Source of the DNA: the human T2T-CHM13v2.0 reference genome, Homo sapiens
Length of the DNA stretch: 64,000 nucleotides
Reading direction: 5' to 3' (one strand)
NCBI RefSeq assembly: GCF_009914755.1
Contig: NC_060928.1
The first letter of the stretch is position 1. Every line of letters begins with the position of its first letter. The notes under the pieces were generated by a model. It ran no database searches. It saw only the letters and a program-made list of their open reading frames with translations, and was not told where the DNA came from. Made by a program: the position numbers and the translations under genes. Positions 30,265 through 44,192 of the stretch are shown here, one piece after another.

Positions 30265-30744
30265 TTTTTGCAAAAATGTACCAATTGACCTCCCCTGGTC
30301 CCTTAATCTATGCCCTTTGCAATGTGACTTAGCAGCTTCCATCAAGTGGTGAAACTTACTCTCCAGCCCTTGAATCTTGGCTGGGCTTGTGACTCGTCTT
30401 GGCCAGTAGAATCTGATGGAATGCCATTGTGTCAGGTCTCACTTAAACCCTTGCAGATGCCATGTGAATTACTTCAAGCTAGTCTGCTGGAGAATGAGAC
30501 ACACACAACAGAGCTGAACTAGTCCAGTAGTTCCAGTAAGACATGTGGAAAGTCTCAGACAAGATCAGCCAAACCTTTTAGTCCACTGATAGCTGATCAC
30601 AGACGCATGAAGGAGCTTAACTAATATCAGAAGAAGGGCCTAGCTGCATTTATTCAATATTGCCCACCTGAAGAATTGTGACTTAATTATTTATTTATTT
30701 AACCAAAGGTTGGAGTTATTACCTGTCAATAGCCAATTGATACA
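30265..30744 (+). mobile_element. MLT1H-like MaLR LTR
   Basis: 'atgccctttgcaatgtgact', 'cccttgaatc...ttgtgact...tggccagtagaat' and end 'tgataca'. Confidence 0.7.
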
Positions 30745-31124
30745 GGTGTGTCTGCAGGAAAGAGATATTGGCCTTTCACTCATTGGTTGGTTGGTTATAA
30801 GCAGAACTGAAGAAATCCAGCAGCCAAGTCAGGTTTTGCTGGTGGAAAAGAGCACATGAGCACATTCTTGGGAAAGTCTGACACACATTCCAGCAATTTA
30901 GGGATGAGATGTGGAAACTGGATGAGGAAACTGTGTTCTGTGGCCAATAAAAAACACCAGCCTAGGAGGAGCAGAACATCTGTTAAACGAAAGTGGGACA
31001 TGAAGATTCCAGCGGTGAGGATTCCCTAGATTATCTGGGAGGTAATCAGTAGATAACATAAAAAGCCCTGGCTGTTGGCACCAGTGTTCATGAAAGAAGG
31101 TCCTGGAGGATATAAGAGTAAAGG

Positions 31125-31449
31125 GGCTGGGTGTGATGGCTGGCATCTGTAATTCCAGTGTTTTGGGAGACTTAAGTAAGAGAATTTCTTGAGTACAGGA
31201 GTTTGAGATCAGCCTGAGCAACGTAGTGAAACGCCATCTCTACAAAAAAATGAAAGAATTAGCCAAGTGTGATGGTGCATGCCTGTAGTCCTAGCTACTC
31301 AGGAAGCTGAGATGGGAGGATTAACTAAGCCCAGGAGTCTGAGGCTACAGTGAGCTATGATCATGCCACTGCACTCCAGCCTGGATGACAGAGGAAGATC
31401 CTGTCTCTAAATACTACTACTACTACTACTAATAATAATAATAATGATA
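31125..31449 (+). mobile_element. AluJ with (TAC)6(TAA)n tail
   Basis: AluJ-type 'gaggctacagtgagctatgat'. TSD ataagagtaaa at 31112-31122 and 31450-31460. Confidence 0.92.
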
Positions 31450-31965
31450 ATAAGAGTAAATTTGATGGAGAGCCCACGTGAAAGGATCAGTGGTGCATGG
31501 TGGAGGGGACATCTGTGTTTGAATCAGAGGTGAGGAAGGGAAGATGTATAGAAAGGCAGGTGATTGTGTGCTTAGGTGCGGAGGGACAAGGAGGATGAGG
31601 ATGTTTAATGTCTTTAATTATTTTAATAAACTAGGAAGAAGAGCATTTTACATGGGAGCACTGATGATTAACTGAGTCAATAACTTAAAAAAAAAGTAGT
31701 GGTGATGCTTCAGAAGAGTTGCTGGGAGTAAAAGTTGACCATAAGCAGTAAAATGATTGACAGGCGAGACTGAGGACTTTGTCCATTGTGTCCTTTTTAG
31801 TATCATGCTTTCTGCTGCACTTAGCGTTTTCTTTCACTTGCCCAAGTTTAAGAAGAAGAAACACTGGTGAAAATGTAGACTCCAGGTGCTGCCAGGCAGG
31901 TGTGGTAGAAAACAGGAATGTGATGAAGTTGAGGTTGTTAAAAACAAAAACAAAACAAAAAAACA

Positions 31966-32298
<333 letters not shown>

Positions 32299-33094
32299 GC
32301 AATTTATGTAACCAAAAATGAGTACCAGCTGATGAGGGAATTGCTTGAGATGAGCAGGGCATGATGAACTGATCAAGGTGGGAGCTACTGAAAGGAAGTT
32401 GGATCTAAACTTCAATTGAGTTGGGAAGGTCAAGATACCTAAATTCTAAGGTGTTTTGATGGAAGTCTGGTAGAATGACAGGTGGACAAGAGAATGGAAG
32501 GGAAGTTATAATGTGCTATTCTTATGACCCTGATAAAACCCTCCCCTCTTGGATTGTAGGCGATGCAATCTAACAGCACTGAGCCCATGGAAAATTTTCT
32601 ATAGATACATGTCAAATGGCTGCAGGGACCTCCTTTTCCTCTGTTTGGCTTCTCAGTGGCAACAGAGTATAATGAAATAGTCGTCTGGTAAGTTCTGAGG
32701 AGGAGAGGAAGAAGGGCTGTGAGAGTCTGGGTGCCTCAAAAGCAAACCTCAGGATAACAACAACAAAAAAAAGGCACAAACACCTTTGGACAGGAGTTTG
32801 CCATTTCTGGATAAGCACTGGACAAGCATAAGATTTTCTTCTCTGCCTCTCTCAGCCCTCCAACTGCCTCAGGTCCAAGGAAGCTGCTTAATATAATATA
32901 CTTTTCTAGACAGAAGAACCCAGGGTGAAGTGGGGGTTTGAGAAAGCAGCTTCCCTCCCCAGTAAAAATAAACATCCACAAAGCACTCTGTGTAGTGTGG
33001 AAGCAGAACACTGGTCTGTTTCATGCTGTTTTAAATGCCCAGGCACAAATGATCTAAGCTACCCTCATTTCTGAGATAAGAAAATTGAGAGTCC

Positions 33095-33290
33095 TAGTTC
33101 TGTAATCAGATAGGTTGTGAGTCTCAGCTCTGACACTTCATGGCTATGAGACCTTGGGCAAATCACTTTTTTTTCCTAACGTCATTCTCATCCACAAACT
33201 GAAAATAATGCTATTAAACTCAGATGTATATGGAGGATTAAATGAGATAAAGTACAACCCAGCACAGAGTTGGGACTCAACTATTTTTAG
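33095..33290 (+). mobile_element. MIR
   Basis: 'agctctgacactt...gagaccttgggcaaatcactt...gaggattaaatgagataa'. Confidence 0.7.
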
Positions 33291-33854
33291 CTTTGTATAT
33301 ATGCATATATATTGATATCAACACATCATTAATACTATTGTCATTACATATCATTCCACAGACTGCTAATTGTACAACAAGGATGGGGATAGGAGCTAAA
33401 CCCTTTACATTCAGGTTGGCTATCCTCCCTCCCAGTCACTGAGAAGTTGGGAATCATTAACATGATTTTCAATGACTGCATAATGTCACATATTTTGTCG
33501 TGACAGTGTAAAGGCAAAACAAGCTCAATCTGATGTGAAAGCCTAAATTCATTTTTCCTCCCACATATAAAAAATTCAGTTGCTACAGGGATTTGGCAAT
33601 ATGCTGAAAATTTCTGATTCTGTATGACCAGCAGGCATATGTGATAGAGTTTCATCTTCCTATGCATATTGGTTCGGAGTGCCAGTTATTTCAATATTTG
33701 GTGCCTCATGTGAGAACTGTTCCCAAGTCGTGAGATAAAGAAATAGGTACACCATCATCAGTACCAGTATTGAATTCAAGCCCTGATGTATAAGCTGTTA
33801 TGACAGTAAAGCTCCATTATGGTCATGTTCTTTTGCTAAAGTGACTGTTCTGGC

Positions 33855-33880
33855 TTTTTTTTTTTTTTTTTTTTTTTTTT
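33855..33880. repeat. Isolated T26 tract
   Basis: Seen directly. Confidence 0.95.
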
Positions 33881-34319
33881 GGCTCTCCTTTTAAAAGCTG
33901 ATGTAACGTTTTTTAAGAAGTTGTTTAATAGATGATGTCAGTTGAGCTTTTTGTCCATTTTCATGGACTAGGCAGCATCAGAAATACATTAAACTGCAGC
34001 ATAATCAATGCCCAGGGATTTATTTATTTATTGCCCATTTTATATGGAGGGAAGTGCGAAAGTACAGAGAAAGACGAGATACCCTCGTCAGAATTAGAAA
34101 TACGGCAACCCATCTCAAATAAAGCTATCACTTTGGCTTCAGGGAAAGGCATTATTACTTAGCTGTGAGGGTTGATCTCAGTGGAGGTAAAATAGATTTT
34201 AAATTGACAAATGGTATCTCCCAGAAAAAACATAAGAATTGTTCTAGCGTTTGTACCTAATAGCTTAACATTAAAGGCCCCATAAAATTAATGGAATGTG
34301 ATTTTGTATCTCCTGGAAA

Positions 34320-34490
34320 GAACTGCATGACCTTGGTCAAGTCTGGTAAAGTTTCTGAGTCTTAATTTCCTTATTTATAAAATGGGGTTCATAATAACAA
34401 TTTCGAAAGATCATAAAGGCTTTAAATGACAAAACATTGTCTATCAATGTGCCTGAGACCTGATAGATGTTTTCTTAAATGATAATTTCT
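34320..34490 (+). mobile_element. MIR
   Basis: 'tgaccttggtcaagtc...tctgagtcttaatttccttatttataaaatgggg'. Confidence 0.65.
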
Positions 34491-34729
34491 TAACTAGAAG
34501 TGCAGAGAAATTCACCTAGCAGACTTCCTGCTTCCACATAGACACAGGGCCTAGAAGAACCAAATAATTTTTTAGTGATACCCATGACAATGTGATACAC
34601 CACTTTGTTTTCCCAGACATAATGGAAGATGAAATGTTCGTAGGGTTAATAGATGAGAATATATATCGGATGTGAATGTTCAATGAAGACTGTTAGACAG
34701 TATGTACTAAATTTAATTTACTCTTGTTT

Positions 34730-35960
34730 TTATTTACTTATTCCTCCAGTAAACACTTTTGAGCTCCTGCTGTGGGCCAGTTACCAGAACAGATGTTGAG
34801 GGAGCAAACTCTTGAGCATGATTCTTGCCCTCCTGGAATCAGGGTATAAAACATGAAATGATTGCACAAACAGAAATAAAGTTTTAACTGGGCAAAGTGC
34901 AGTGAAATGGAAGAGTGCTATGCTATGGAGTTGGGAGAAGTTGGCCTCATCAGAGAGGCCCAGAAAAATTTCCCAGAAGTGATGTCTGAGATGAAATCTG
35001 AAACAGAAGCAGTTTTATGTAGAAAAACAAGGAAGGAAGAGAGAACAAAGAACACACATGATTTATATCAAGGGCAGCAGGCAGGTAAGGGGACTGAGAC
35101 AATGCTGGTGTTTTTGGTGTCCAAAAATGGTGGAAGATGAGCTTTAGGCAGGAAGCGTTGCCATATAAGTCATGGTATGGAGTTCTCTTGTTATTTTCTA
35201 AGTTCTGAGATCTGTCTGAAGTTCTTTAACTGGTCAGTAAAGATACCTGAGCAGATATACGTTTTGAAAAGGTTACTCTGGTTACAGTGGGATTTTTAGG
35301 AATGCATATATCTTGGTAAAGCAGTTAGGAGGCAATTCGTAATAGATGGTAGTAAAGGAGAACCACTAGGATGATTTGTGCAATGTTTAGAAAAACAACG
35401 AACAATCCTTCGTGTTGGGTTATCTATAACCACTAGAGAGAGAAGGGTATATCTGGAGGATGTCTAAATTTCTGGCTTTCTTAACTAAGTAGATGATTTA
35501 ATCTTTTAGTGAAATAAAGAGAAGTAGAAGAAGCCCACATTGGCTGGGGAATAATGAAGTCGTCAGTTTGTCACCTTAGGACTGTGGTGCACTTAGCAAA
35601 TACAAAAGTAGATGTCAGGTAGACATTTAGATATGTGGGCCTTGATTTGAAAAGGAGGCTGTGAGCTTTGAAATCGATTTATTAGCGAATTACCTGACTA
35701 TTGCTGGAGGCAAGGGGATGGAGGAATACTAAGGGTGTTAGAGTGAACAACAGTGCCTAAAACTGAATATTGAGAAGCAATTGGTGAAGTAGAGGAAGAA
35801 ATAACAAGCAAGAAGGCAGAGAAGAGACAGAAAAAAAGTGGTTAGTTACCCCTGAGAATAGCACAAAAACCAAGAAATGAGATGATTTTCCATAGAAGGC
35901 ACAGTCAACAAGGTCAAATGATGTTGAGGTTAGGTAGATGAAAGACTCTAAAGTGGTACT
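34730..35960 (-). mobile_element. Long L2 fragment
   Basis: Antisense L2 motifs 'gtgatgtctgagatgaaatctgaa', 'ttttgaaaaggttactctgg', 'tttctggctt' and 'gtcaaatgatgttgag'. Confidence 0.65.
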
Positions 35961-36879
35961 GTTTTATTTCCTGAAGGTAAATGGTAATCTACATTTGGAT
36001 ATACAAGAACTGAAACCAGAACTAATTTTATTAACCACCCCCCATATAAAACTCCACTTCCATCACATACACACATTAAATGACCCACCATTCATCAAAT
36101 CATATGGAGAGTACCTAGCAATAGGATCCATAAAACAACATGTCAGATTAAAGATGACAATTCTTTCTGGAACACTGTTGTATTACTCTTATAAGAGTTA
36201 CTGTATGCCACTAAAATAATCCTTGAGCCAGAATATTTATTGAAAAACTAATCGGTGGAAGAAAAGAGAAGAGGATAGGCACAGGTCAGCACTCATAATC
36301 AGCAGTGGATACAACTCCATGCTGAAGAAGACCAGAGCCTTGTTGATGACCAGTTGCCTCCTCAGGTCTCATCCAAGCTCTCTTCCCTTGCTAGTAGACA
36401 GAGACATGCTTAAAAATTCAGAGGTATATTTTTCTCATTTCCCTCCACCAAAGCTGCATTGGAAAAACTGCATTTTCTTCTATTTGCTTTATCTGTTTTT
36501 CTCTTATTAACTCCTAAATCGTTTTTTTTCCTCCTAATTCTTACTAATAATCGTTAAAACTCATTTGACCCTCATATGAGGCATTATCATTGGTAAAACT
36601 GCCTCAACACCAGACTTCATAGACTAAGCAGCTGATCTGAATTTGAATTCATATCTCTCAAATATCACTAATTATAATGGAATTACATTCCCCAAGGTGG
36701 CAGCTCGTGAAATTTTCACATAATTAAAACTTTCTCATAATTCTTCTGACTTTTAGACTCACAATGTCACAGCTATTATGCATCCAATGGAGCTGCGGTT
36801 AGAAAAGAGGAGGAGGAAACCCTGGTGGTTTTGCAGGTACTCTGTCTGTCTTGAGGATCAAAGAAAGCTGGACACTGAA

Positions 36880-38000
36880 GGAAAATGCTAAGAGAAAAAG
36901 ATAAAGCACAATGGAAAAAGATCTGTAGGAGATATAAAGATGACAGTAAAGTCCAAAGCAAAATTAAATTCTGCTTTGGGTACCAAAATGAATAGAACTG
37001 GCATTGCACAATGTTAAATTAATGTTGGGCAGTAAAAAATGAAAATAATATCTGAAAATAATGAAAATGAAAAAAAGAATAAAATAGAAGAACAAAGAGG
37101 TAAAACTTATGGTAAATACAATTAGAAGTTAGGAGAGACAGAAGAGAATCCTGACAAAAAAGGAATATTATCTGAATTTTGGAAGATGCTTTGAGATCAG
37201 TTAAAAAATTGAAGTTTTCTAGAGGAAAGAATATCTGAAAATAGAAAGGTAAAAACATCTCATTACATTCTAAGGAAATTCAAAAAACTGAACAATTTTT
37301 GGACACATTAAAAATAACTTTTGATGTAGTTTGGATATTTGCCTCTGCCTGAATCTCATTTTGAATTTTAATCCCCAATGCTGGAGGGGGGGCCTCATGG
37401 GAGGTGTTTGGGTCATCGAGGTAGATCTCTCAGGTCTTAGTGCTGTCCACATGATAGTGAGTGAGTTCTCACGAAATCTTGTTTAAAAGTATGCGGTACC
37501 TCCTCTACCACTGGCTCTCTCTCTCTTGCTCCTACTTTCCCTGCATGAGGTGCCTGCTCCCACTGTGCCTTTCACCAACATTAAAAGCTCCCTGAGGCCT
37601 CCCCAGAAACAGATGCTTCTATGCTACCTGTACAGCCTGCAGAACTGTGAGCCAATTGAACTTCTTTTCTTATAAATTACAGTCTTTGGTGTTTCTCTAT
37701 AGCAATGCAAGAATAGCCTTATATAATTTTAAAAATCAGGAAAAAATTTTTACAACTTTCCAGACAGGGAAATGTAGGTTACTTCTAGAGAAATAAAATC
37801 AATGTCTCAGACTTATCATCTGCAATGGTAGAGAATGTTTACAAAAAATGGCCATGAACCGATAATTGTTTATCTTGACAAGTATAAGACAAGCATAAAA
37901 TATCAGTTTCCCATATGAAGGGGCTAAAACATGGTCCTCTGGACCATTCTTTATTTTAAGCAGTACTCTCAACAACCAAAACAACAAACAAAATTACTAA
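36880..38000 (+). mobile_element. Ancient L1M/HAL1 ORF1-like relic interrupted by MSTB
   Basis: A-rich. 'aatcaggaaaaaatttttacaactttccagacag...ggttac...tcagacttatcatctgcaa' resembles the ORF1 EKIL..SR..QVT..SDFS segment. Confidence 0.45.
37322..37725 (+). mobile_element. MSTB-like solo LTR
   Basis: 'tgatgtagtttggatattt', 'cctgaggcctccccaga' and 'gcctgcagaactgtgagccaat'. TSD acttt/atttt. Confidence 0.85.
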
Positions 38001-38366
38001 GCCAAGAAAGAGAAAGTTGTATAAAATGATTGGTGTTCACTTTTTCATTATAAAAAGTATAAAAAGTCAGATATTCAAACATTTACCTCTGCCCAAAATG
38101 ATGCTTTTATAATAGCATGGAAATAAAAAGAATCTGTCATATTAGGGAAATTTCTAGGAGTAGAATTGAATAGTCATTAAACATAATGTTTTGGAAAAGA
38201 TTCTAATAACATGGAAACAGGCATATGATGATATTATAAGAAAATATAAATACACAGCATTTAAGCCTTTATAAACAGCTTGACTTTTACAATGGTAAGA
38301 AAGAGGAACAGATAAGACAGGAAGCAATATGTTTCTGTGATGCAGTTACAAAAAAAAAAAAAAGCA

Positions 38367-38665
<299 letters not shown>

Positions 38666-39290
38666 AAGAGCATGACAAAGTAGATGAAAAATAGAAAATG
38701 AGGTAGAAAAGAGATACCAGGTAAGAGCAAGCAAGGATGAGACTCTTGAGGGAAAGACAGACCAGGCCAACTATTTAGTATTTTCTTCTAAGAAATTATG
38801 AGATGAGTTCTAAAGATTTTGCAGAGACAAGCTAAAATTTGATTTTTTAAAATATGCTGATGGTGATGTGAAACATCAGTGGAGAAGGTTATGAATGAGA
38901 GAGAAACAATCAGTTACAAGGCAAAAGAAGAGTGGATGGTGGTTTAAAAAGAATGGGAGAGTGAAGACACTGAGAATTATAGCAATGCAAGAGTTATTTG
39001 GAAAGTAGAATCATTAATACTTGGCAAATGAGAAAAGAGGAGAAAATGATTGTCAGGTGGACATTGATGATATTTGCTGAAATGAGAAACATCTGAAAGG
39101 AAGCAAGTTGGAGTGGGAGTTGACTAGTGCACAAATCTAGAATCAGTCAGGACAGGAGAGCCAAGGTCTGAGTTTTTGGAGAGAGCCAAGATGAGTATCA
39201 AATATGGAGGGATCAAAAGTGTCACAGAAGCAGAAGTTCAGACCTGGAAGACACAATTTAACCAACGCAGATTAGGGCTTCTTGCTCTGG

Positions 39291-39679
39291 TGATATGGTT
39301 TGGCTCTGTGTCCCCACCCAAATCTCATCTCAAATTATCTCAAACTGTAATCTCCATGTGTCAAGTGAGAGACCTGTAATCTCTATGTGTCAAGGGAGAG
39401 AGGTGATTGGATCATGGGGGTGGTTTCTCCCATGCTGTTCTTGTGATAATGAGTTCTCACTACATCTGATGGTTTTATAAGTGTTTGACAGTTCCTCCTT
39501 CACATTCTCTCTATCCTGCTGCCTTGTGTAGAAGACATCTGCTTCCCCTTTGGCCATGATTGTAAGTTTCCCAAGGCCTCCCAGCCATGCAGAACTGTGA
39601 GTCAATTAAACTTCTTTCCTTTAAAAATTACCCTGTCTCAGAGAAGTTCTTTATAACAGTGTGAAAATGGACTAATACA
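39291..39679 (+). mobile_element. THE1D-like solo LTR
   Basis: Starts 'tgatatggtttggctctgtgtccccacccaaatctcatctc' and ends 'ggactaataca'. Perfect TSD tctgg at 39286-39290 and 39680-39684. Confidence 0.92.
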
Positions 39680-40375
39680 TCTGGGTAGTATGCACACCTG
39701 TTGTATGTCACCTCTCTGTCTCCTTCCAGAGACACCATAAAAATGCTAGCATAAGAATACAGCAAAACAAATAATGATGTTTGAAAGAATCAATAGAAAA
39801 TAGGTTTAAAAAAATTTCTGGGAAGTACCCAATGGAAGGAAGGTGATTGATGAAACAGGGAAGATAAGCCAAAGCCTGGATTTCAATACATGATTAGGTC
39901 TACAGATGAAAAGGGAACCGATATGTAGGACCTTGCAGAACCCCGTGGTGATTTCAGACTTGGAAATATGAAGTACAACAAAGAACAGAAGGGAGAAGAG
40001 GGTCTGAAAAGAGGCATTAACTTAAAACCTGTATATGGGACAGTTGCCTGACTCTTCAGTCCCATCCTCAGGCATAGAACACCAAGAAGCCTAGCAAAAC
40101 AAACAAACCAACAGAGAAAACAAAATCAGAGATTCTCCTCTTAAAAATTAGAATGAGCATTCTGTGGATAATCATGGCAGCAAAAGAGCAAACCAGAATC
40201 CCAAAGCTAAACCACACTTATTCTTGTATCTAGTGGTGCCACGCCAGCTTCCTAAAATGAGACCTGTTACTTTACAGGCTGTACCCATTATCACAGAGCT
40301 CAAAGTCAGCTTTTCTACTGTTCACTCTTAAATATGAATGTACCACTAGAAGTCAGACACTTGAACCTACGACAT

Positions 40376-40970
40376 CGTGGTGGATAGTGTCCAAAGATGG
40401 TCTCCATTGATACCTGTCTTCCTGTGGGCTCATGCTAGTCTTTTAATCAAGAAGTGGAGTCCCATTCCCTTCCCTTTTAATCTGGGCTGGACTTCATGGC
40501 CTGTTTGACCAATAGAGTGCCGCAAAAGTGTCATTCTGGTACTTCTGAGTTACAGAGAATATGTGGACCTTTTGCTTGGGGCTCTTGACACACACACTTT
40601 GGGGTAAGCCATCCGCCAGGTAAGAAGTTTAATTATTCTGATAATCTAGTCTGCCATGCTGTGAGGGAACTCAAAGTAGCCATGTAGAGGGTCTGTGTGG
40701 AGATTAATTCCTGAATTCCTGGCCATAGTCAGGTGTTGCAGCTCTCCCAGCTCAGGACTCAGATATGGGGAGGAAGAAACCAGGCTTAACTTCATAACCA
40801 GCAAATTCTTTATAGGACCCCAGCTGTTATAAAATTGCAATTGTATGAAAGTCACCAGGCAATCATTGTGCAAATGAGCCCAGTTAACCCACAGCTCCAT
40901 AGGAGGAGACGCATTATTTTAAGCTACTAGTTTTAGGGTTGTTTGTTATGTAAAGTACTTATTGTTAACC
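40376..40970 (+). mobile_element. MLT1F/G-like MaLR LTR
   Basis: 'tcaagaagtggagtc', 'tttgaccaataga' and 'ttttaagctactagttttaggg...tttgttatg'. Confidence 0.7.
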
Positions 40971-42096
40971 TTTAGAATCAACATAAAAACAAAGCAAGGA
41001 AGGTAGTTACAGACTAGGGTGCAGAAACACCTATTTTTGATTTTGAAACAAGACGATGACATTTGGAATGTGAAAGCAGGAAGACAGCTGAAGGAAAGAA
41101 AAGAGGCATTAATATTCTTATCATACAGGTGGGAGTCAAGAGATACATTCATATTTGATGAGTAAGAAAATGAAGTTGCAAATATATTCATAAAGTGACA
41201 AAACCAATAGACAAGCTGAAAATTGAGTAGATGGGGTGAGAGAAGTGAAGAGGGGGTTAAACGAACCAGACCAACATCAATCACAGCAGAATATATCTAA
41301 AATTTTAAAATTACGAAAGAGCAATACAAAAAACACCCAACTAACTACCTTTGTTCTTCTGAGGGGTGGGCCTAGAAGCAGAAAGGAGTAAGGTAGGGAG
41401 TTGCTGCATTTTATTTCTATTTTACTTCTTTTGTCTTCATTTTAAGCCAAATGCATGAAAAATTAAACAAATTCAGCAAGTGGAGATAATTCAGGTTCCA
41501 TGGGGTCACGGGTATATCTGGGTTGAAGGCAAGGTGGAGGCTGTGAGAGCTGCCCAGTGCTACTGGCTGAAGATGAGGGAAGGGAGAGTACAGTATTCAA
41601 GACACCACCTCCGTTGAACAGGGGAGAGGTGAAAGGATACAGAAAGAAGCAAGAATGACAGAGAATGAATAAAATGTACAAGGATTTGGGGTGCTGTTAA
41701 TATTGAAGCACCCTTTCTTTTGGAACACCTCCGTGGGCCTGTCATTTATGAGTCATGGAAAGAGAAATTTCAAGATCATCAAGGGAGCTCTAGGGTGAGG
41801 AAGACAATCCCAAGAAACTCACTGGTTGAGACATGCTTTGTCAATCTGCGAAGGGAATCTAAGTGCTCCCAATACTCCCAGTGCTCCAGAATCTGAAGAC
41901 GGTAAGGACATACCTTGGCCAGGTTATCTAATTCAGCAACACCAGGGGCAGGTTTGAGCAGGTCACAGTCATGAGTATGTCAATTGGTAAAGCCAACTTT
42001 TCCTCCCAATTCTACTGAAACCCAGTCTGTGGCTCTGCCCATAGATATTTCATCTTCAGTGTTTCTCTAGTTCCTCTGATCTTTCTTGGGAAATAG

Positions 42097-42207
42097 TAAG
42101 GTGACCAACTGTCCCAGTTTTCTTGGAACTGTTCTAGTTCCAGCACTGAAAGCCCTGTGTCCAGGGAAATTCCTTAGGTTTAGGAAAATGAGAACAGTTA
42201 GCACATG
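42097..42207. mobile_element. MER81-like hAT-Blackjack MITE
   Basis: 'taaggtgaccaactgtcccagttt...agcactgaaag...gggaaa' follows the MER81 consensus. Confidence 0.7.
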
Positions 42208-42539
42208 CAGGAAGAACTCGTGAATTCATCATTTGAGAAATAATGTCACATGGCGAACATTTATGTCTTAGAAAGTGCTTTTTGTTCCTTGTGGTTTGAC
42301 TTGTTCTCCACAAGCCTGTGCAGTAGGCACAGCGTGGTTTATGTGCCTCCCCATTTGACATGTGACTAATCAAACATGATTAGTCATCTGTGAATAATCA
42401 GAGTCAGAAATTAGTTGATACTGCATTTTAATTTTATCATTTGACTCCAGATCCTGTCCTCTGTTCCATGTGTAAAGTTGCTGGGTTGACATTTGTTTCC
42501 TCATAAATAATGAGAATAATACCTCATTATCTCATCTCA

Positions 42540-42680
42540 TTAGTAGGTGCTAGTATTACCCTTTTGTTAAAGATTAGAAAATTGAGGATCAGAGAAATTA
42601 AGCAACTCACCGGAGAACACACAGCAAGTCAGCAGTAACCACCATTCAAACCCAGATTCCTCTGATACTATGCCCTTGCT
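42540..42680 (-). mobile_element. MIR
   Basis: 'gaaaattgaggatcagagaaattaagcaact...cacacagc...attcaaacccag'. Confidence 0.7.
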
Positions 42681-42949
42681 GCCCGAGCAGACAATTTGCA
42701 GTTCTCCTAATCTTCAGGGATTCCTAATACACCTTCTTAAGAATCCCAGCCTACTTTCACAATTTTATCCCCCACTAGTTCTTTTTCATGGAACATACGT
42801 GCTGGCTGAGCTGAACTGCTATCTGGTTCTGGAATATGTTAATGGCTTCTCTCACTCTGGCTTTTGTTCCGGACAAGCTCCTGACTAGACTTTGTTTATC
42901 CAGGCTCTCAATGTAGGGTGAAGAAAAAAAAAAAAAAAAACACACAGCT

Positions 42950-43150
42950 TATGTAATCGGACTTGGACTTCGTTCACAAAAGTGCTACCTTTTCAGCATG
43001 GGAGATCTTTGGTGAGTGTCCCAAACTTCCCAGAGTCTTCATTTCATCATCTGTAGATTGAAGATGATCATGTGAAATCATGTTGGGCAGTTAAGAATTC
43101 ATGAGCATGTGCTCCTAAATTGTCCAGCACTGCACATGGCACACAGTCTG
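42950..43150 (+). mobile_element. MIR fragment
   Basis: 'cttcatttcatcatctgtaga...cagcactgcacatggcacacag'. Confidence 0.5.
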
Positions 43151-43477
43151 TGTGCTCCACCTCCTAGCTGCGGGCATAACAGAGAAGACCGTTTGCAGTT
43201 CTTACCATCGTATACTTTGGGAATGGCATGCCAAGAAAAATTGCACATTCTATTTGCAGATCTGTATTTTGTGTATATGTGTGTGCTTGGCGACAATTAT
43301 CCGTGCTTTTCGTAAGCAGCCCTCTGCCTCTTAGGCAGTTATGTATGAAGCATTGTGAACCCTTGAATACAGTTATGAATCATTGGCTGTGGACTGAGTA
43401 GAGAGTGCCACATGCTATATCCAGTGTGTTTGAAAAGACCTAAGTGTATGTGCATTTTAGGGGGGATGGTGGTGGTG

Positions 43478-43480
<3 letters not shown>

Positions 43481-43516
<36 letters not shown>
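43481..43516. repeat. (TG)18 microsatellite
   Basis: Seen directly. Confidence 0.97.
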
Positions 43517-43520
<4 letters not shown>

Positions 43521-44076
43521 AGGGGATGGTGGTAGAGCCACACATCGCGTGGACAGCAGTGGATAGGCAACCATGCATGTTGAAAACAGTGTTTCATTTG
43601 GAACCCATCTGGTGAGAGGAGCTTTAATATCACTCTGGTTGTAAACACATCTTCAATGCCCTGTTGGTTACCAATTTGTCTTCTAAACTCATTCAGTTTT
43701 CTCTTTCGGTTTAAAGATATAGCCATGAATTTAAGTTTGGACTTGGGCTCAAAAATCTACTAAAATTCTCCTATTAATCCTTTTTATGTTAGTCTGAACC
43801 CTATATATACACAAATGTGTGCATGTGTGTATATAATCTTCCTTTAGGAAACATAGAAATTAAGGTTTTAAATGGTTTATTTTCAAAATCCTTTTCAGTT
43901 TAATTTAGCTTCCACTAATTTCTTACTAATCCCCCCTCAGCAGAAATGTCACTTATTAAAAGAAAAAAAAATCCAACAGAGAAGATGGAATCATTAGATC
44001 CAAATTAAAATCTTGAATCTCTTAAATATTAAAATATTGGAAAAAGACAATCTCTATAGTGCAGGAGCATTAGCAA

Positions 44077-44192
44077 TGTAGCAGAGACTGAGACATGTCT
44101 TTATTTTTTCTTTCTGGGCACAGAGCTAGACTACATTCTTTGTCCTCACTTAGAAATCTAAGCTGGGGCCACATGCCTGAGTTCTGGCCCAA
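44077..44192 (+). mobile_element. MLT1J-like LTR 5' fragment
   Basis: 'tgtagcagagactg...ctgggcacagagctagactacatt...ggccacatgcctgagttctggcc'. Confidence 0.6.

Noticed and set aside
33851-33885. T26 as a solo poly(A) retro-insertion
   Set aside because: The flanking match is only 'ggct', too short to call a TSD.
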